From Candidatus Sericytochromatia bacterium (GTDB lineage Bacteria > Cyanobacteriota > Sericytochromatia > S15B-MN24 > JAQBPE01), in NCBI GenBank assembly GCA_040400605.1, contig JBBAPZ010000001.1, forward strand, positions 59,981 to 123,980: 64,000 nucleotides of DNA, read 5' to 3'. The first letter of the stretch is position 1. Each line of letters starts with the position of its first letter. The position numbers and the translations under genes are program-made. The notes beneath the pieces were generated by a model, which made no database searches, had not been told where the DNA came from, and worked only from the letters and a program-made list of their open reading frames with translations. This document shows, piece after piece, positions 36,486 to 47,119 of this stretch.

Positions 36486-37412
36486 TTATGACCCATGACG
36501 CAAACGTGGGTCGAGCCAGACATACAAGCCGTCCACTATCCAGTTGACCACAATGATGACCGTCGCGGCAAACAGGACTGTGCCCATGATCATCGGAATA
36601 TCCAGGGTGTCAATCGCCTGCACGGCGAGTTGCCCAATCCCGGGCCAGGCAAAAACGCTTTCCGTCAACACCGCGCCGCCCAGCAGATTGGCAAAATCGA
36701 CACCCAACAAGGTGACAAAGGGCATCAAGGCATTGCGCAACACATGGTGACCCACCACCCGATACTCGGTAACGCCTTTGGCACGGGCGGCCCTGACATA
36801 GTCCTTGCCCAATTCCTGCGTCATGCTTTGACGCAAGACCCGGGTGTAGTAAGCGGCGCCTGCAAGCCCGAGGGTTAAAGCGGGCAAGCACAAATGCCAG
36901 AGGGTGCCAGCGCCGCCGAGTGGGAACAAGGATAGGTGGTAGGCCAGCAGGAACAGCAAAACGAGTCCCATCCAAAACGTGGGGATGGACAAAGCGGCGA
37001 TGGCAAGACCTGCGATGAGGCGATCCACCCACGTGCCCGGACGCAGTGCAGCCCAAACGCCCAAGCCACCGCCAACGAGGACATAAACGGCCATCGCGGC
37101 AACAGCAAGCATCGCAGTCGCGCCGAAGCGCTCAAAAATCGCCGGCAACACCGCCTGCCCTGTGGCATAAGACACGCCCCAATCACCTTGCAAGGCATGG
37201 AACAGGTAGCGCCCGAGCCTGAGCCAGACCGGGTCGTCCAAACCCAGTTCGCGGGCGATCCGCGACACCGTCTCAGGATCGGCTTGCGCACCAGCCAGCA
37301 ATTTGGCCGGATTGGCCGGAATCAGGTAAGTGATGACAAAAGTCAAAGTGGCGACGGTCAACCAGACCAGCAGCCCGCCCCATAACCGCATCAATCCACG
37401 CTGCACCATCAC
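36486..37412 (-). CDS. Peptide/nickel ABC transporter permease (DppB/OppB-like)
   Basis: ELGLDDP, GDWGVSY, DYVRAARAKG EAA-like loop, ESVFAWPGIG, LDPR. Confidence 0.9.
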   Translation of the reverse strand: MMVQRGLMRLWGGLLVWLTVATLTFVITYLIPANPAKLLAGAQADPETVSRIARELGLDDPVWLRLGRYLFHALQGDWGVSYATGQAVLPAIFERFGATAMLAVAAMAVYVLVGGGLGVWAALRPGTWVDRLIAGLAIAALSIPTFWMGLVLLFLLAYHLSLFPLGGAGTLWHLCLPALTLGLAGAAYYTRVLRQSMTQELGKDYVRAARAKGVTEYRVVGHHVLRNALMPFVTLLGVDFANLLGGAVLTESVFAWPGIGQLAVQAIDTLDIPMIMGTVLFAATVIIVVNWIVDGLYVWLDPRLRHGS

Positions 37413-39061
37413 CGCTGCTCCATATCCAAATCCTCAACCATCAAGCCCCAGACGGGGTGTAATTGATGATTGCGCACCCACGGCGCATGGAACTGGGCCG
37501 TGAGCGGAAAATACAAGGGTACAACCGCCGCATCCCGAACAATCAAGCGCTCGGCCGCTCGGAACGATCGCATCCGCTCATCAAACCCGGCGTTGCGTTC
37601 TCCCCGATTCAGCCAATCATCCACGGCCTGGTTACGGTAAAATGAATCATTCAGGGAACCCACAGACCGGATGTTGCGACTGTGAAACATCGTGCTTAAA
37701 AAGTTGCTGGGGTCCAGATAGTCCGCGCTCCAGTTGCCACTGCCGATCGGCACCCGCCCGCGGGTCGATTTCGCTTCAAGGTACGTGGGGAGAGCCAGTG
37801 ACTTGATGCTCACCCGGATACCAATCGCGGCCAGGTCTTGGCTGATCGCCTGCGCAATCCGACGCTGCGTGTCATTGGTGGTGCAGTAATAAGTTGTATC
37901 GAAACCCCGCGACAATCCTGCCTTGGCCAACGCCTCACGCGCGGCAGCCGGGTTGTAGGCCCAGCCGCGCAGCGTGGGATCAAAGCCCGGCAAGGTAGGC
38001 GGTAAGATGCCCTGCGCAACGACGCCTCGTCCATTGATCAATTGGATCAATTTGCGCTTGTCAATCGCCTGCGCCACCGCTTGACGCACGAAGGGGCGAT
38101 CGAAAGGCGCCACTTCACAGTTGATCGTCACGTAATGAAACGCGGCGTGGGTGCCAGTCACCATTCGCTTCCCAAAGCCTGCATCGTCTTTGAGCCGCAC
38201 GAAATCAGCCGATGACACCCCCCGTAACGCGCCGATGAGATCCAACTCACCTTTTTCAAATTTGAGCACTTCCAATGATTCATTCAGCCCCAACTCAAAC
38301 GATACCCCATCCAGAAAATAAGCCGCCCGCTCGTGTTGACGCGCCTGTCGACGCACAATCACGCGCTGTCCCACCACCCACTTTTCAAATCGAAATGGCC
38401 CAGTTCCGATCGGGCGGCGCGCCAATTGCGCCCCAGCGACACCTTCCGGCACCACCGAGGCAAATGGCATGGCAAGCAGCTGTAGAAAGATTGGGTTAGC
38501 TCGCTTCAATGTAATGCGCAATTGATCGGGGTGAATGGCGACAATGCCCAAAGGCGTGTTCACCTGTCCAGCCAATCGCTCGGCGGCCCCCACAGTGTCC
38601 GCGTAAAAAGCGGCACCCGGCGACCGGGTGGCAGGATCAAACAAGCGTTGAAAGCTGTAAACGACGTCGCGTGCTTGGCACGGTCGGCCATCATGAAAGG
38701 TCAGACCGGGCGGCAAGAAAAAATCATAAACCAGACCTGTCGCATCAACGCGCCAACGGGTGGCCAAATCACCCACCACCTGACCCTTGCGATCATACGT
38801 GACCAAGGTGTTGTAAAGCAGGTGGGCCACGGCCCAACTGGGGATGTCATAGCCAATGGCTGGATCCAGGGAGCGAACCCCGTCTTGTAAACCGACACGC
38901 AATACCTTGCCTGCCCAGTCAGGGTTGTGACACCCGCCTAGCCCAAGCAACAGCGCGAGGACGATTCCAGTCGCACCCGACAACCTCGATGGCGATCGCA
39001 AGGATAATACCCCCCAAACAAGGCTGCGGTCAGGCGATCGCAACGGACAGCAAGCCGGCAC
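37409..39061 (-). CDS. Peptide ABC transporter substrate-binding lipoprotein (family 5)
   Basis: SLDPA, FHDG, PIGTGPF, VRQAVAQAID, WSADYLDP. Start uncertain. Confidence 0.9.
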   Translation of the reverse strand: MPACCPLRSPDRSLVWGVLSLRSPSRLSGATGIVLALLLGLGGCHNPDWAGKVLRVGLQDGVRSLDPAIGYDIPSWAVAHLLYNTLVTYDRKGQVVGDLATRWRVDATGLVYDFFLPPGLTFHDGRPCQARDVVYSFQRLFDPATRSPGAAFYADTVGAAERLAGQVNTPLGIVAIHPDQLRITLKRANPIFLQLLAMPFASVVPEGVAGAQLARRPIGTGPFRFEKWVVGQRVIVRRQARQHERAAYFLDGVSFELGLNESLEVLKFEKGELDLIGALRGVSSADFVRLKDDAGFGKRMVTGTHAAFHYVTINCEVAPFDRPFVRQAVAQAIDKRKLIQLINGRGVVAQGILPPTLPGFDPTLRGWAYNPAAAREALAKAGLSRGFDTTYYCTTNDTQRRIAQAISQDLAAIGIRVSIKSLALPTYLEAKSTRGRVPIGSGNWSADYLDPSNFLSTMFHSRNIRSVGSLNDSFYRNQAVDDWLNRGERNAGFDERMRSFRAAERLIVRDAAVVPLYFPLTAQFHAPWVRNHQLHPVWGLMVEDLDMEQR

Positions 39062-39438
39062 TCACGGCCTGAAAACGCTACCATCATTGTAGCATTCGCG
39101 CGAAACACCATCACAAAGACGATGGGTGAATCACCGCGTCAGGTCTGGTTCGAGTGTTCCACGCCGGAAAGCGGACTGGGCCGGTTCCCTTGGAACGCAG
39201 CGCTTTCAACGACAAGATGATGGGCTTTTTTTTCGGGTCTCGTGCAAAGACCGGTTTAACACACGTCTCAATGCGTCAATCACGTCATCACCGCTGATAG
39301 TGACCGACAAGGCTGGTACACCCCGCAATCATCACCACAAAGTCTGGTTGATTCCGTAGCACATTAACGCCAGATTTTTTTCCCAGTCACGTCAGTTTAA
39401 GCGCATCGGGTCGATAAGGTCTGGGCGTGGCTGTTTGA

Positions 39439-40701
39439 GTGGAGATGATTTTGCGCAAAACCAAGCATTTTCGAGCAACCGTGATCGGTGCGTGTATCGT
39501 TTTGAGCGTCGCTGTCCTGGCTGCGTGCGGGCGATCGCCGGTAAAAGCCGTCACCCCCGGTACGGACGGGGCCACCAAGCCACAGGCCGTGTCGTTGCAA
39601 TACGCCAGTCGCGCAGAACTTGCCCGGTGGGTCGCGCAGGGATTTGAACCTTATGGTGTGGATTGGGATGCCCAAATCGTGCACGGCAGCGCACCAGAGC
39701 GCCTGCGTTTGCAGTGGCAGCAACAAAAAGTCCGCTATGACGCTCTGGAGGCGCCCTATGGCACGCGCAACGTGTTTGACAAGGGCTATCACACGTACGA
39801 GGCGATGACGGCCTACCTACAGGATTTGAGTCGTCGTCACGCGGAACTGGTAACACTGAAGCCCATTGGCGCGACCTATGAAACCAGCACAGGTCGCGCG
39901 AGCCGCCCAATTTGGTCGGTGCGGATCACAGGCGCCGGCGATTCACGCAATCGTCCTGCGGTGGCGTTCACCGCCAACTTGCATGCCCGCGAGCTCGTTA
40001 CCGTTGAGGTGGCGCTATCCTTAATCAAGGAATTGGTCGAAGGATACGCAACGGACCCACGGATCGCCAAACTGCTCGATGAGCGCGTGGTGCACATTGT
40101 GCCGATGGCCAACCCGGATGGGCACATCAAGGCGGAGCAGGGCTTGAACTGGCGCAAGAACACCCACCCGTTTATCGGCGGCATCGGGGTGGATTTGAAC
40201 CGTAATTTCCCGTTTCAGTGGTCGAATGCGGGTGCGACCGGTGAGACAGGGTCGGACATCTACGCAGGCCCTGAGCCCGCTTCGGAACCGGAAACACAAG
40301 CCCTGATGCAATACTTGCGCAGCATACCCAACCTGCGTATTGGCATGGATTACCACGCTTACTCCAATCTGGTGATGTGGAGCTGGGGTTATACGGACAA
40401 AAAAGCCAAAGATGCGGCACTACTTGAATCCATCGGCAAAAAACTGGCATCTTTTAACGGTTACAAGGCCATTCAAGCGAATGAACTATATCCAACCACC
40501 GGCACGATTCGCGACTTCGTTTACGGCACACTCGGTATCCCCTACTTTACAACTGAAATCGGTTCTGTCCGGGACGGGTTTGATCCACCACACGCGCGGG
40601 TTGCTGCACTTTGGGCGCAAAATCGTCCTGGGGCCTTTTATCTGCTTGAGATTGCAGACAATCCGGCACAAGTGTTAAAGGCACAACACGCCAAGCGCTG
40701 A
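39439..40701 (+). CDS. M14 zinc carboxypeptidase (carboxypeptidase T-like), lipoprotein
   Basis: Lipobox LAAC; HARE, NPDG, WRKN, GVDLNRNF, SEPET, HAY, FTTE. Confidence 0.92.
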   Translation: MEMILRKTKHFRATVIGACIVLSVAVLAACGRSPVKAVTPGTDGATKPQAVSLQYASRAELARWVAQGFEPYGVDWDAQIVHGSAPERLRLQWQQQKVRYDALEAPYGTRNVFDKGYHTYEAMTAYLQDLSRRHAELVTLKPIGATYETSTGRASRPIWSVRITGAGDSRNRPAVAFTANLHARELVTVEVALSLIKELVEGYATDPRIAKLLDERVVHIVPMANPDGHIKAEQGLNWRKNTHPFIGGIGVDLNRNFPFQWSNAGATGETGSDIYAGPEPASEPETQALMQYLRSIPNLRIGMDYHAYSNLVMWSWGYTDKKAKDAALLESIGKKLASFNGYKAIQANELYPTTGTIRDFVYGTLGIPYFTTEIGSVRDGFDPPHARVAALWAQNRPGAFYLLEIADNPAQVLKAQHAKR

Positions 40702-40897
40702 GCGACGCACATCGGCTTTGGTTCACCATCAGAACGGCCCCCCGCATGGATACCCGGCACGTACCTGGACCACCCTTTGTGCCCCAGGGTGCATCCCTCT
40801 GATTTGAACGGGGCAAACGTTGATAAAAGATGGGTTTCTCATCGCTTCGTCCGCCACAAACCAACCCTCAGATTGCCTGATCGTTCGTTGAATATTC

Positions 40898-40924
40898 GGT
40901 GTGACCGTGCGGCACGGTCACACC
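40898..40924. other. Perfect 13-bp inverted repeat (hairpin or operator)
   Basis: GGTGTGACCGTGC-G-GCACGGTCACACC. Confidence 0.6.
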
Positions 40925-40983
40925 CGGCATCGGTCGGCTTACCCTTGCGTACAGTTCGGATGGTCAGCGTCCGTCCGGTGAAA

Positions 40984-41013
40984 TTGATGGTTGCAGCCAC
41001 AAGGTGTTATATT
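40984..41013 (+). promoter_or_regulatory. Putative sigma70 promoter for the rny operon
   Basis: TTGATG-N18-TATATT with extended TG. Confidence 0.5.
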
Positions 41014-41014
41014 T

Positions 41015-41284
41015 AGCCCGACAGCGGGAATGAAGTCGGCACGTCCGTCGCTCTGACACCACTGGCCGCAACCTTGATGGGATTCCCTTGTCAGTGCTCC
41101 GTGACGTGCGTTTTCTGAATCAAACCCTACCGTTTTTATATGAAGCCTTGCCAAGATTGAAGTCTTGATACCGGACGGGCATCCGTTTTTCATCGCAGCT
41201 ACGACACTTCTCTGGTCGACAGTGCGCCGGATCGGGCATCCATCGGGTTTGGCCGGGTTGTTGTGAACCCCGCTTCGGGCTGTC
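41015..41284 (+). ncRNA. Candidate structured 5' leader of rny
   Basis: Ends pair (AGCCCGA..AGCGGG with CCCGCT-TCGGGCT); internal hairpins GCACGTC..CTGACA/TGTCAG..GACGTGC and CAAGAT/GTCTTG. Confidence 0.45.
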
Positions 41285-41326
41285 TCTGAATTTTGTCCAG
41301 TTCAAGCTGTAGATAGTGATGTGTTA

Positions 41327-42874
41327 ATGAATCCGGATCCATTGGCGATAGTTTTGTTCATCCTTGGCGCGTTGGCCATCTTTTTTGCTTATCGGAAGTA
41401 CACCCACGTGAAGGTGTTGATCGCAGAAACGGCGCAGGCGCGCCGATCACTGGAACTCGAAGCCGAAAAATTGCGCGCGGAAGCCTTGGTTGATGCCGAG
41501 AAGCAGCGTGCCAAGATGCTCGCTGAATCCGAAGCCTTGATGGAGCGCAAAGAAAGTGAACTGCGTGAGCACAAGGTGGAAATCAAGCAACTCGAAGGCC
41601 GTGTGTTGCACAAAGAAGAGTTGCTCGAGCGCAAAGCCACGACCTTGGACGAAAGGGATGTGCAGCTTCGTGAACAGTCGGTTCACCTGGAAAAAGTCTC
41701 GGAAGAACTGGAACAGCGGCGCAAGGATTTGGCGCGGGAACTGGAGCGTATTGGGGGTTTGAGCGCCGAAGCCGCGCGAATCCAGTTACTCAAGTCGTTG
41801 GAGGATGAGTTACGTCAGGAGATGGGGCGGATGATTCGCGATGCTGAGAGCCAGGCACGCGAGCAGGCGGACAAAAAAGCGAGGGATATTATCACGACCG
41901 CGATACAGCGATGCGCGGTCGATCACACGGTTGATGCGACGGTGACGGTGGTTGCGTTGCCCAATGATGAAATGAAAGGCCGAATCATTGGCCGCGAGGG
42001 ACGCAACATTCGCGCACTGGAGGCTGCGACCGGCATTGACCTCATCATCGATGACACACCTGAGGCGGTAATTTTGAGCAGTTTCGATCCGGTCAGGCGT
42101 GAGGTTGCCCGGATCACGTTGGAAAAGCTGATCGCAGATGGTCGCATTCATCCCACACGCATTGATGAGGTGGTTGAGAAGGCGCGCGAGGAGGTTGAAA
42201 AGCAGATTCGCGAGGACGGCGAGAACGCGTGCCTTGAAGCGCAGGTTCCCGGTGTGCATCCCGAGCTGGTTAAAGTCCTTGGTCGATTGCGTTACCGGAC
42301 ATCCTATGGCCAAAACGTACTCAGCCATTCGGTTGAAGTTGCGCACATCTGTGCCGCGATCGCGGCTGAACTGGGTGCGGACATTGCCTTGGCGCGACGT
42401 GCCGGCTTGTTGCACGACATCGGCAAGGCATTGTCGCATGAGGTCGAGGGTCCCCACGCCTTGGTCGGCGGGGATTTGTGTCGCCGGTATGGTGAATCAC
42501 CCAAAACGGTGAATGCGATCGCAGCACACCACCTGGATGTACCCCAAGAAAGCGTCGAGGCCGTTTTGGTCCAGGTGGCGGATGCGATTTCGGCCTCGCG
42601 GCCAGGGGCACGCCGCGACACCATCGACATTTACATCAAGCGTTTGGAAAAGCTCGAGCAAATTGCACGCTCTTTTAATGGTGTCGAGCGCAGTTATGCC
42701 GTTCAGGCTGGCCGAGAAATACGAATCGTCGTGCAGCCATCCGTGGTAGACGATCAAGAGTCTGCGAAGCTGGCCCGGGATGTCGCGCGTAAGATTGAAT
42801 CAGAGTTGGAATATCCAGGCCAAATCAAGGTCACGGTGGTACGTGAAACCCGGGCGACGGAATACGCGAAGTAG
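41327..42874 (+). CDS. rny: Ribonuclease Y
   Basis: N-terminal TM helix, coiled coil, KH domain ([13 protein letters not shown]), HD domain (LLHDIGK), [11 protein letters not shown]. Confidence 0.97.
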   Translation: MNPDPLAIVLFILGALAIFFAYRKYTHVKVLIAETAQARRSLELEAEKLRAEALVDAEKQRAKMLAESEALMERKESELREHKVEIKQLEGRVLHKEELLERKATTLDERDVQLREQSVHLEKVSEELEQRRKDLARELERIGGLSAEAARIQLLKSLEDELRQEMGRMIRDAESQAREQADKKARDIITTAIQRCAVDHTVDATVTVVALPNDEMKGRIIGREGRNIRALEAATGIDLIIDDTPEAVILSSFDPVRREVARITLEKLIADGRIHPTRIDEVVEKAREEVEKQIREDGENACLEAQVPGVHPELVKVLGRLRYRTSYGQNVLSHSVEVAHICAAIAAELGADIALARRAGLLHDIGKALSHEVEGPHALVGGDLCRRYGESPKTVNAIAAHHLDVPQESVEAVLVQVADAISASRPGARRDTIDIYIKRLEKLEQIARSFNGVERSYAVQAGREIRIVVQPSVVDDQESAKLARDVARKIESELEYPGQIKVTVVRETRATEYAK

Positions 42875-42910
42875 CATGGTTGTGATGGTCGCGATAACTA
42901 AGGGGCTGAC

Positions 42911-43711
42911 GTGAAGTCATCAGGGGAGCGTCCTTTGCGGGTCTTGTTTGTCGGCGATGTTGTCGGGCGCGCTGGACGCGAAGCGTTGGCGCGACAATTG
43001 GAGCGGGTGCGGGCTGTATCACCGCCAGACCTGGTCGTGGTGAATGGCGAAAACGCTGCAGGCGGATTTGGTTTGACGGAGGCAGTCTTTCACGAGTTGT
43101 TGAGTTTGGGTGTTGATGTGGTGACACTGGGCAACCATGCGTGGGACAAGCCGGAAATTTTGCGATTTATCAGCGAGGCGAACCAGTTGGTACGGCCGCT
43201 TAACTTTCCGGACGGTTCACCGGGACGGGGTTGGACCATTCGAACGGTGGAGCATCACAATGTGGCGGTCGTTAATATGTCGGGCCGTGTCTTCATGCCG
43301 GCGCCGCTAGACTGTCCATTCAGGGCGATTGAAAAGACCCTGCCGCAGCTTGAGACGCCGTTGGTCATCGTGGACTTTCACGCTGAAGCGACGGCGGAAA
43401 AAAAGGCGATGGGACATTTTCTTGATGGGCGTGTGTCGGCTGTGTTGGGTACCCATACGCACGTGCAGACGGCTGATGATCAGATTTTGCCCGGCGGTAC
43501 GGCGTATATCAGTGATGTGGGGATGACCGGGCCATTTGAGTCGGTGATTGGTATGAAGATCGAGGGTGCCACCCGCAAAATGGTGCAGGGGTTACCGGGT
43601 CGACTTGAGACCGCGGAGGGCCCGGCGCAATTCAATGCCGTGATGCTTCACCTAGATGCCGTTACTGGCAAGGCCTTGACAATTGAACGCTTGAACTGCC
43701 CCCGTGGCTGA
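42911..43711 (+). CDS. ymdB: YmdB-family metallophosphoesterase
   Basis: GDVVG, NGENAAGG, TLGNH, DFHAEATAEK, GTHTHV, DVGMTG. Confidence 0.93.
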   Translation: MKSSGERPLRVLFVGDVVGRAGREALARQLERVRAVSPPDLVVVNGENAAGGFGLTEAVFHELLSLGVDVVTLGNHAWDKPEILRFISEANQLVRPLNFPDGSPGRGWTIRTVEHHNVAVVNMSGRVFMPAPLDCPFRAIEKTLPQLETPLVIVDFHAEATAEKKAMGHFLDGRVSAVLGTHTHVQTADDQILPGGTAYISDVGMTGPFESVIGMKIEGATRKMVQGLPGRLETAEGPAQFNAVMLHLDAVTGKALTIERLNCPRG

Positions 43712-43836
43712 TCTATGATGCAAACACGAAGGCAATCAGCAGACCGTCCGACGGTTGGTGCTGATTGCTGATCGCCATCGCTTCCATTGTCCCTGTCACT
43801 TCAGACCTTGCACGCCATTTTTACGGAGGATTGGTC

Positions 43837-44106
43837 ATGGATGTATTAAAGGTATCCGCGAAATCAAATCCAGGATCCGTTGCGGGTGCACTTGCCGGTG
43901 TCTTGAGAGAACACGGGCGTGCGGAGCTTCAAGCCATTGGAGCGGGTGCCCTCAATCAGGCAATCAAGGCGGTGGCGATCGCTCGCGGCTACGTCGCACC
44001 AAGCGGCTTGGACCTGGTTTGCATACCCGCATTCATTGACATCGACGTAGCCGGCGAAACCCGTACCGCCATCAAACTGCTGGTTGAACCGCGCCGCCTC
44101 GGTTAA
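43837..44106 (+). CDS. spoVS: SpoVS-family protein
   Basis: MDVLKVSAKSNPGSVAGALAG...AIGAGALNQAIKAVAIARG...CIPAF; GGAGG RBS. Confidence 0.95.
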   Translation: MDVLKVSAKSNPGSVAGALAGVLREHGRAELQAIGAGALNQAIKAVAIARGYVAPSGLDLVCIPAFIDIDVAGETRTAIKLLVEPRRLG

Positions 44107-44151
44107 GACACTGCTTCACCAAGGCAACGTGGGTATGACCGGGAAAGACGA

Positions 44152-45648
44152 TTAAAAAATTGCACCTGTGATGGCTTGCACACCAGGCCACTGCAGGCGT
44201 TCACGCAACCAAGGCAACAATTCATTGACACTCAATCGCACCTGAGACATCGAGTCTCGCTCACGCACGGTGACACAATGGTCTACCAGTGAGTCGAAAT
44301 CAAGGGTGACGCAAAAAGGTGTCCCGATCTCGTCTTGGCGCCTGTAACGCTTGCCAATCGATTGCGTCTCATCGTACTCCACAGGCCAATGCTGAGCGAG
44401 TTGGGTATACAAGGCCCGTGCAGGACCGGTCAACTCCGCTTTTTTACTTAACGGCAGTATGGCAACCTTATAGGGTGCCAGCATCGGATGCAGACGCAAG
44501 ACCACACGCACCTCGCCTTTGTTATCACTTTCCTCATCGTAGGCATCAACCAAGAAAGCCAGTGTAGCGCGATCCGCACCCGCCGAAGGCTCGATAACAT
44601 GAGGCAACCAAGCGGCTTTGCTCTCCTCGTCAAAGTAACGCAAATCCTTACCGGACAGGTTCTGGTGCTGTTTAAGATCATAATCCGAGCGATTCGCCAC
44701 CCCTTCAAGCTCAGACCAGCCAAACGGGAAGCGGTATTCAAAATCGACGCAACCCCGCGCGTAATGCGCCAATTCATCCGACGCATGCTCGCGCCGCCTG
44801 AGCGCCGTCGGCTTGATGCCAAGGTCCAGATACCACTGATACCGATAATCAAGCCAGTGTTCAAACCACTGCGACGCGTCATCCTCGCTGCAAAAATACT
44901 CGACTTCCATCTGCTCGAATTCGCGCGTACGGAACGTAAAGTTGCCCGGCGTGATTTCGTTTCGGAACGATTTGCCGATTTGCGCAATGCCGAACGGGGG
45001 CTTTTTGCGGCTGGCAATCTGCACGTTCTTAAAATTGACAAAAATGCCCTGCGCCGTTTCGGGACGTAAGTAAACTACTGCCGCTGAATCCTCAACGGGC
45101 CCCAGAAAAGTTTTGAACATCAGGTTAAAGTTTCGTGGCTCAGTCAACTCACCCCCTGCCGGGCTTTGCATGTGTGAAAAAATCTCAACGGCACGGGCCC
45201 GGTCCTTTAACAAGGCTTCAATCGGTTGGTCATTCAAACCCTCGACGAAAGCGCTTGCCCAGGATTCGGACCCCTTGCGAACCAACACTGAGCGCCCGTT
45301 AGCCTGAATATCGCGCACCATCTGTTCTACCAGGTGATCGGCTCTGTAACGCTGCTTAGTTGCCTTGCAATCCACCAAAGGATCGTGAAAGGTATCAATA
45401 TGGCCGGATGCCCGCCACGCATCAGGATGCATCAGGATCGCCGCATCCATCGCCACCATGTCATTCCTGCACTGGACCACGGAACGCAGCCACGCCTGTT
45501 TGACGTTGTTCTTGAGCAAAACGCCCAACGGACCATAATCCCACGTGCTGCCAAGCCCGCCGTAGATTTCACTGCTTGGAAAAACAAAGCCTCTTCGCTT
45601 TGCCAGCGAAACCACTTTTTCCATTACATCCGTGGCAACTTGCGTCAT
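44152..45648 (-). CDS. glyQS: Glycine--tRNA ligase, alpha2 type
   Basis: [56 protein letters not shown]. Confidence 0.96.
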   Translation of the reverse strand: MTQVATDVMEKVVSLAKRRGFVFPSSEIYGGLGSTWDYGPLGVLLKNNVKQAWLRSVVQCRNDMVAMDAAILMHPDAWRASGHIDTFHDPLVDCKATKQRYRADHLVEQMVRDIQANGRSVLVRKGSESWASAFVEGLNDQPIEALLKDRARAVEIFSHMQSPAGGELTEPRNFNLMFKTFLGPVEDSAAVVYLRPETAQGIFVNFKNVQIASRKKPPFGIAQIGKSFRNEITPGNFTFRTREFEQMEVEYFCSEDDASQWFEHWLDYRYQWYLDLGIKPTALRRREHASDELAHYARGCVDFEYRFPFGWSELEGVANRSDYDLKQHQNLSGKDLRYFDEESKAAWLPHVIEPSAGADRATLAFLVDAYDEESDNKGEVRVVLRLHPMLAPYKVAILPLSKKAELTGPARALYTQLAQHWPVEYDETQSIGKRYRRQDEIGTPFCVTLDFDSLVDHCVTVRERDSMSQVRLSVNELLPWLRERLQWPGVQAITGAIF

Positions 45649-45677
45649 GTGTTATTCCTTTAACGTTAAACGAACCT

Positions 45678-45705
45678 GCCTGTCGATTATAGGTAATCGA
45701 CAGGC
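45678..45705 (-). terminator. 12-bp stem-loop between pilQ and glyQS
   Basis: GCCTGTCGATTA-TAGG-TAATCGACAGGC; weak U-tract. Confidence 0.45.
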
Positions 45706-45739
45706 CGACGCCAAGTGCATCAAGTTCCAATTCGCCCGG

Positions 45740-47119
45740 TCAGTCCGTCGGCTTTTCGCCGGAGGTAATGTGCGGTGTGACCATGATGATTACTTCGGTC
45801 TCATCGTTACTAACACTCTCCTGTTTGAAGAGAAAGTTCAAGATGGGAATGTCACCCAAAAGCGGCATCTTGTTAGTCGTGCTGCTGTTGTTGCGCCGGA
45901 TCAGGCCACCAATCACGACGGTCTCGCCGTCAGCGACGCGCATCTTGGTTTTCAATGTGCGCTCGTTGATCTCCGGTACCGGGTTTCGGTTAACAATGAC
46001 GTCTTTGCCACGGACACTGATCGTGGGCTCTATCGCCATCGTCACAAAGCCATTGACATCAATGCGCGGTGTAATTTCAAGCGTCTCGCCAATATTTTGA
46101 AACGTTACCGTCTCCGTTGCGATTGCGGCACCTTGTCCACCTGTGATATTGACCGATATGACCGGAAACTTGTTAACGATGGCAATTCTTGCCGTGTGAC
46201 TGTCTTGAGTGGCCACACGCGGATTGGCCAAGACCTGCGCCTCACCACGCTGGACAAGGGCGTTGACTCTCGCGTTGAGGTTTGACGTGATGTTCCCCAT
46301 CGCGGAAAAGGTTATCGCAGTTGCGCCGCCACCAGACGGCGGGTTGCCGGCTGTTGGTTGTCCGTTCGCAGTAACGGATGGATCCGTCAAATTGTTTGCC
46401 ACGCCGAATTTACTACCACCAAATCCAAACTCACTGCCCAAACGCTGTGCAGCACTTCTGGAAACCTCGACCAATCTTACTTCGATCACCACCTGCGGTG
46501 CAGCCACATCGATCGCTTTGATGGCATTCTTCACCCGATTGATGTCTTCCCCCGTTCCAACAACAAAAATTGAGTTGGTGCGCTCATCAGAAGCCAAACG
46601 GAAAGCGCCTTGCCCCGCCCCGGCAGCCCCCGGTGGCGCAGCAACGCTCGTCAGCAGTTTCAGTGCATCGGCAGCCGTGGAATTGTTCAACCGAAAGGAC
46701 GCCGCCTGCTGCAAATCAACTTTCTTGCTCAACACATCTTCTTTACCAATCAACAGAGACGTTCCCACGCGTCGCGCCGCCAAGCCATTTGTGCGCAACA
46801 CAATGCCGAAAAATTCATCAAGCGGCACAGCACGCACATCGATTGAGAAGCGTCCTGTGACGGATTCGTCAATGACCAGATTCATCCCCCCCCGCTGGGC
46901 GATCACGCGCAACACTTCGCGGATGTCTGCGTTATCGAATTTGAGGGTCACAAAAGAGGGGTTCTTGATCAAAGTCGGGACTTGCTTGAAATTGATCACC
47001 TGATCACGCACCACACTGTTATTAATTGATTCTGCGGCATCTGAGCGCTGCGCCCCCAAACCGGCCACACTGACGCACACCAGTGCCGCCAGGCTTGCAT
47101 ACAACCGATGCCGCATCAC
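45740..47119 (-). CDS. pilQ: Type IV pilus secretin
   Basis: ADIREVL N-domain, DERTNS, PQVVIE, LEITPRI, DGETVVIGGL, PLLGDIPILNFLF. Confidence 0.88.
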   Translation of the reverse strand: MMRHRLYASLAALVCVSVAGLGAQRSDAAESINNSVVRDQVINFKQVPTLIKNPSFVTLKFDNADIREVLRVIAQRGGMNLVIDESVTGRFSIDVRAVPLDEFFGIVLRTNGLAARRVGTSLLIGKEDVLSKKVDLQQAASFRLNNSTAADALKLLTSVAAPPGAAGAGQGAFRLASDERTNSIFVVGTGEDINRVKNAIKAIDVAAPQVVIEVRLVEVSRSAAQRLGSEFGFGGSKFGVANNLTDPSVTANGQPTAGNPPSGGGATAITFSAMGNITSNLNARVNALVQRGEAQVLANPRVATQDSHTARIAIVNKFPVISVNITGGQGAAIATETVTFQNIGETLEITPRIDVNGFVTMAIEPTISVRGKDVIVNRNPVPEINERTLKTKMRVADGETVVIGGLIRRNNSSTTNKMPLLGDIPILNFLFKQESVSNDETEVIIMVTPHITSGEKPTD

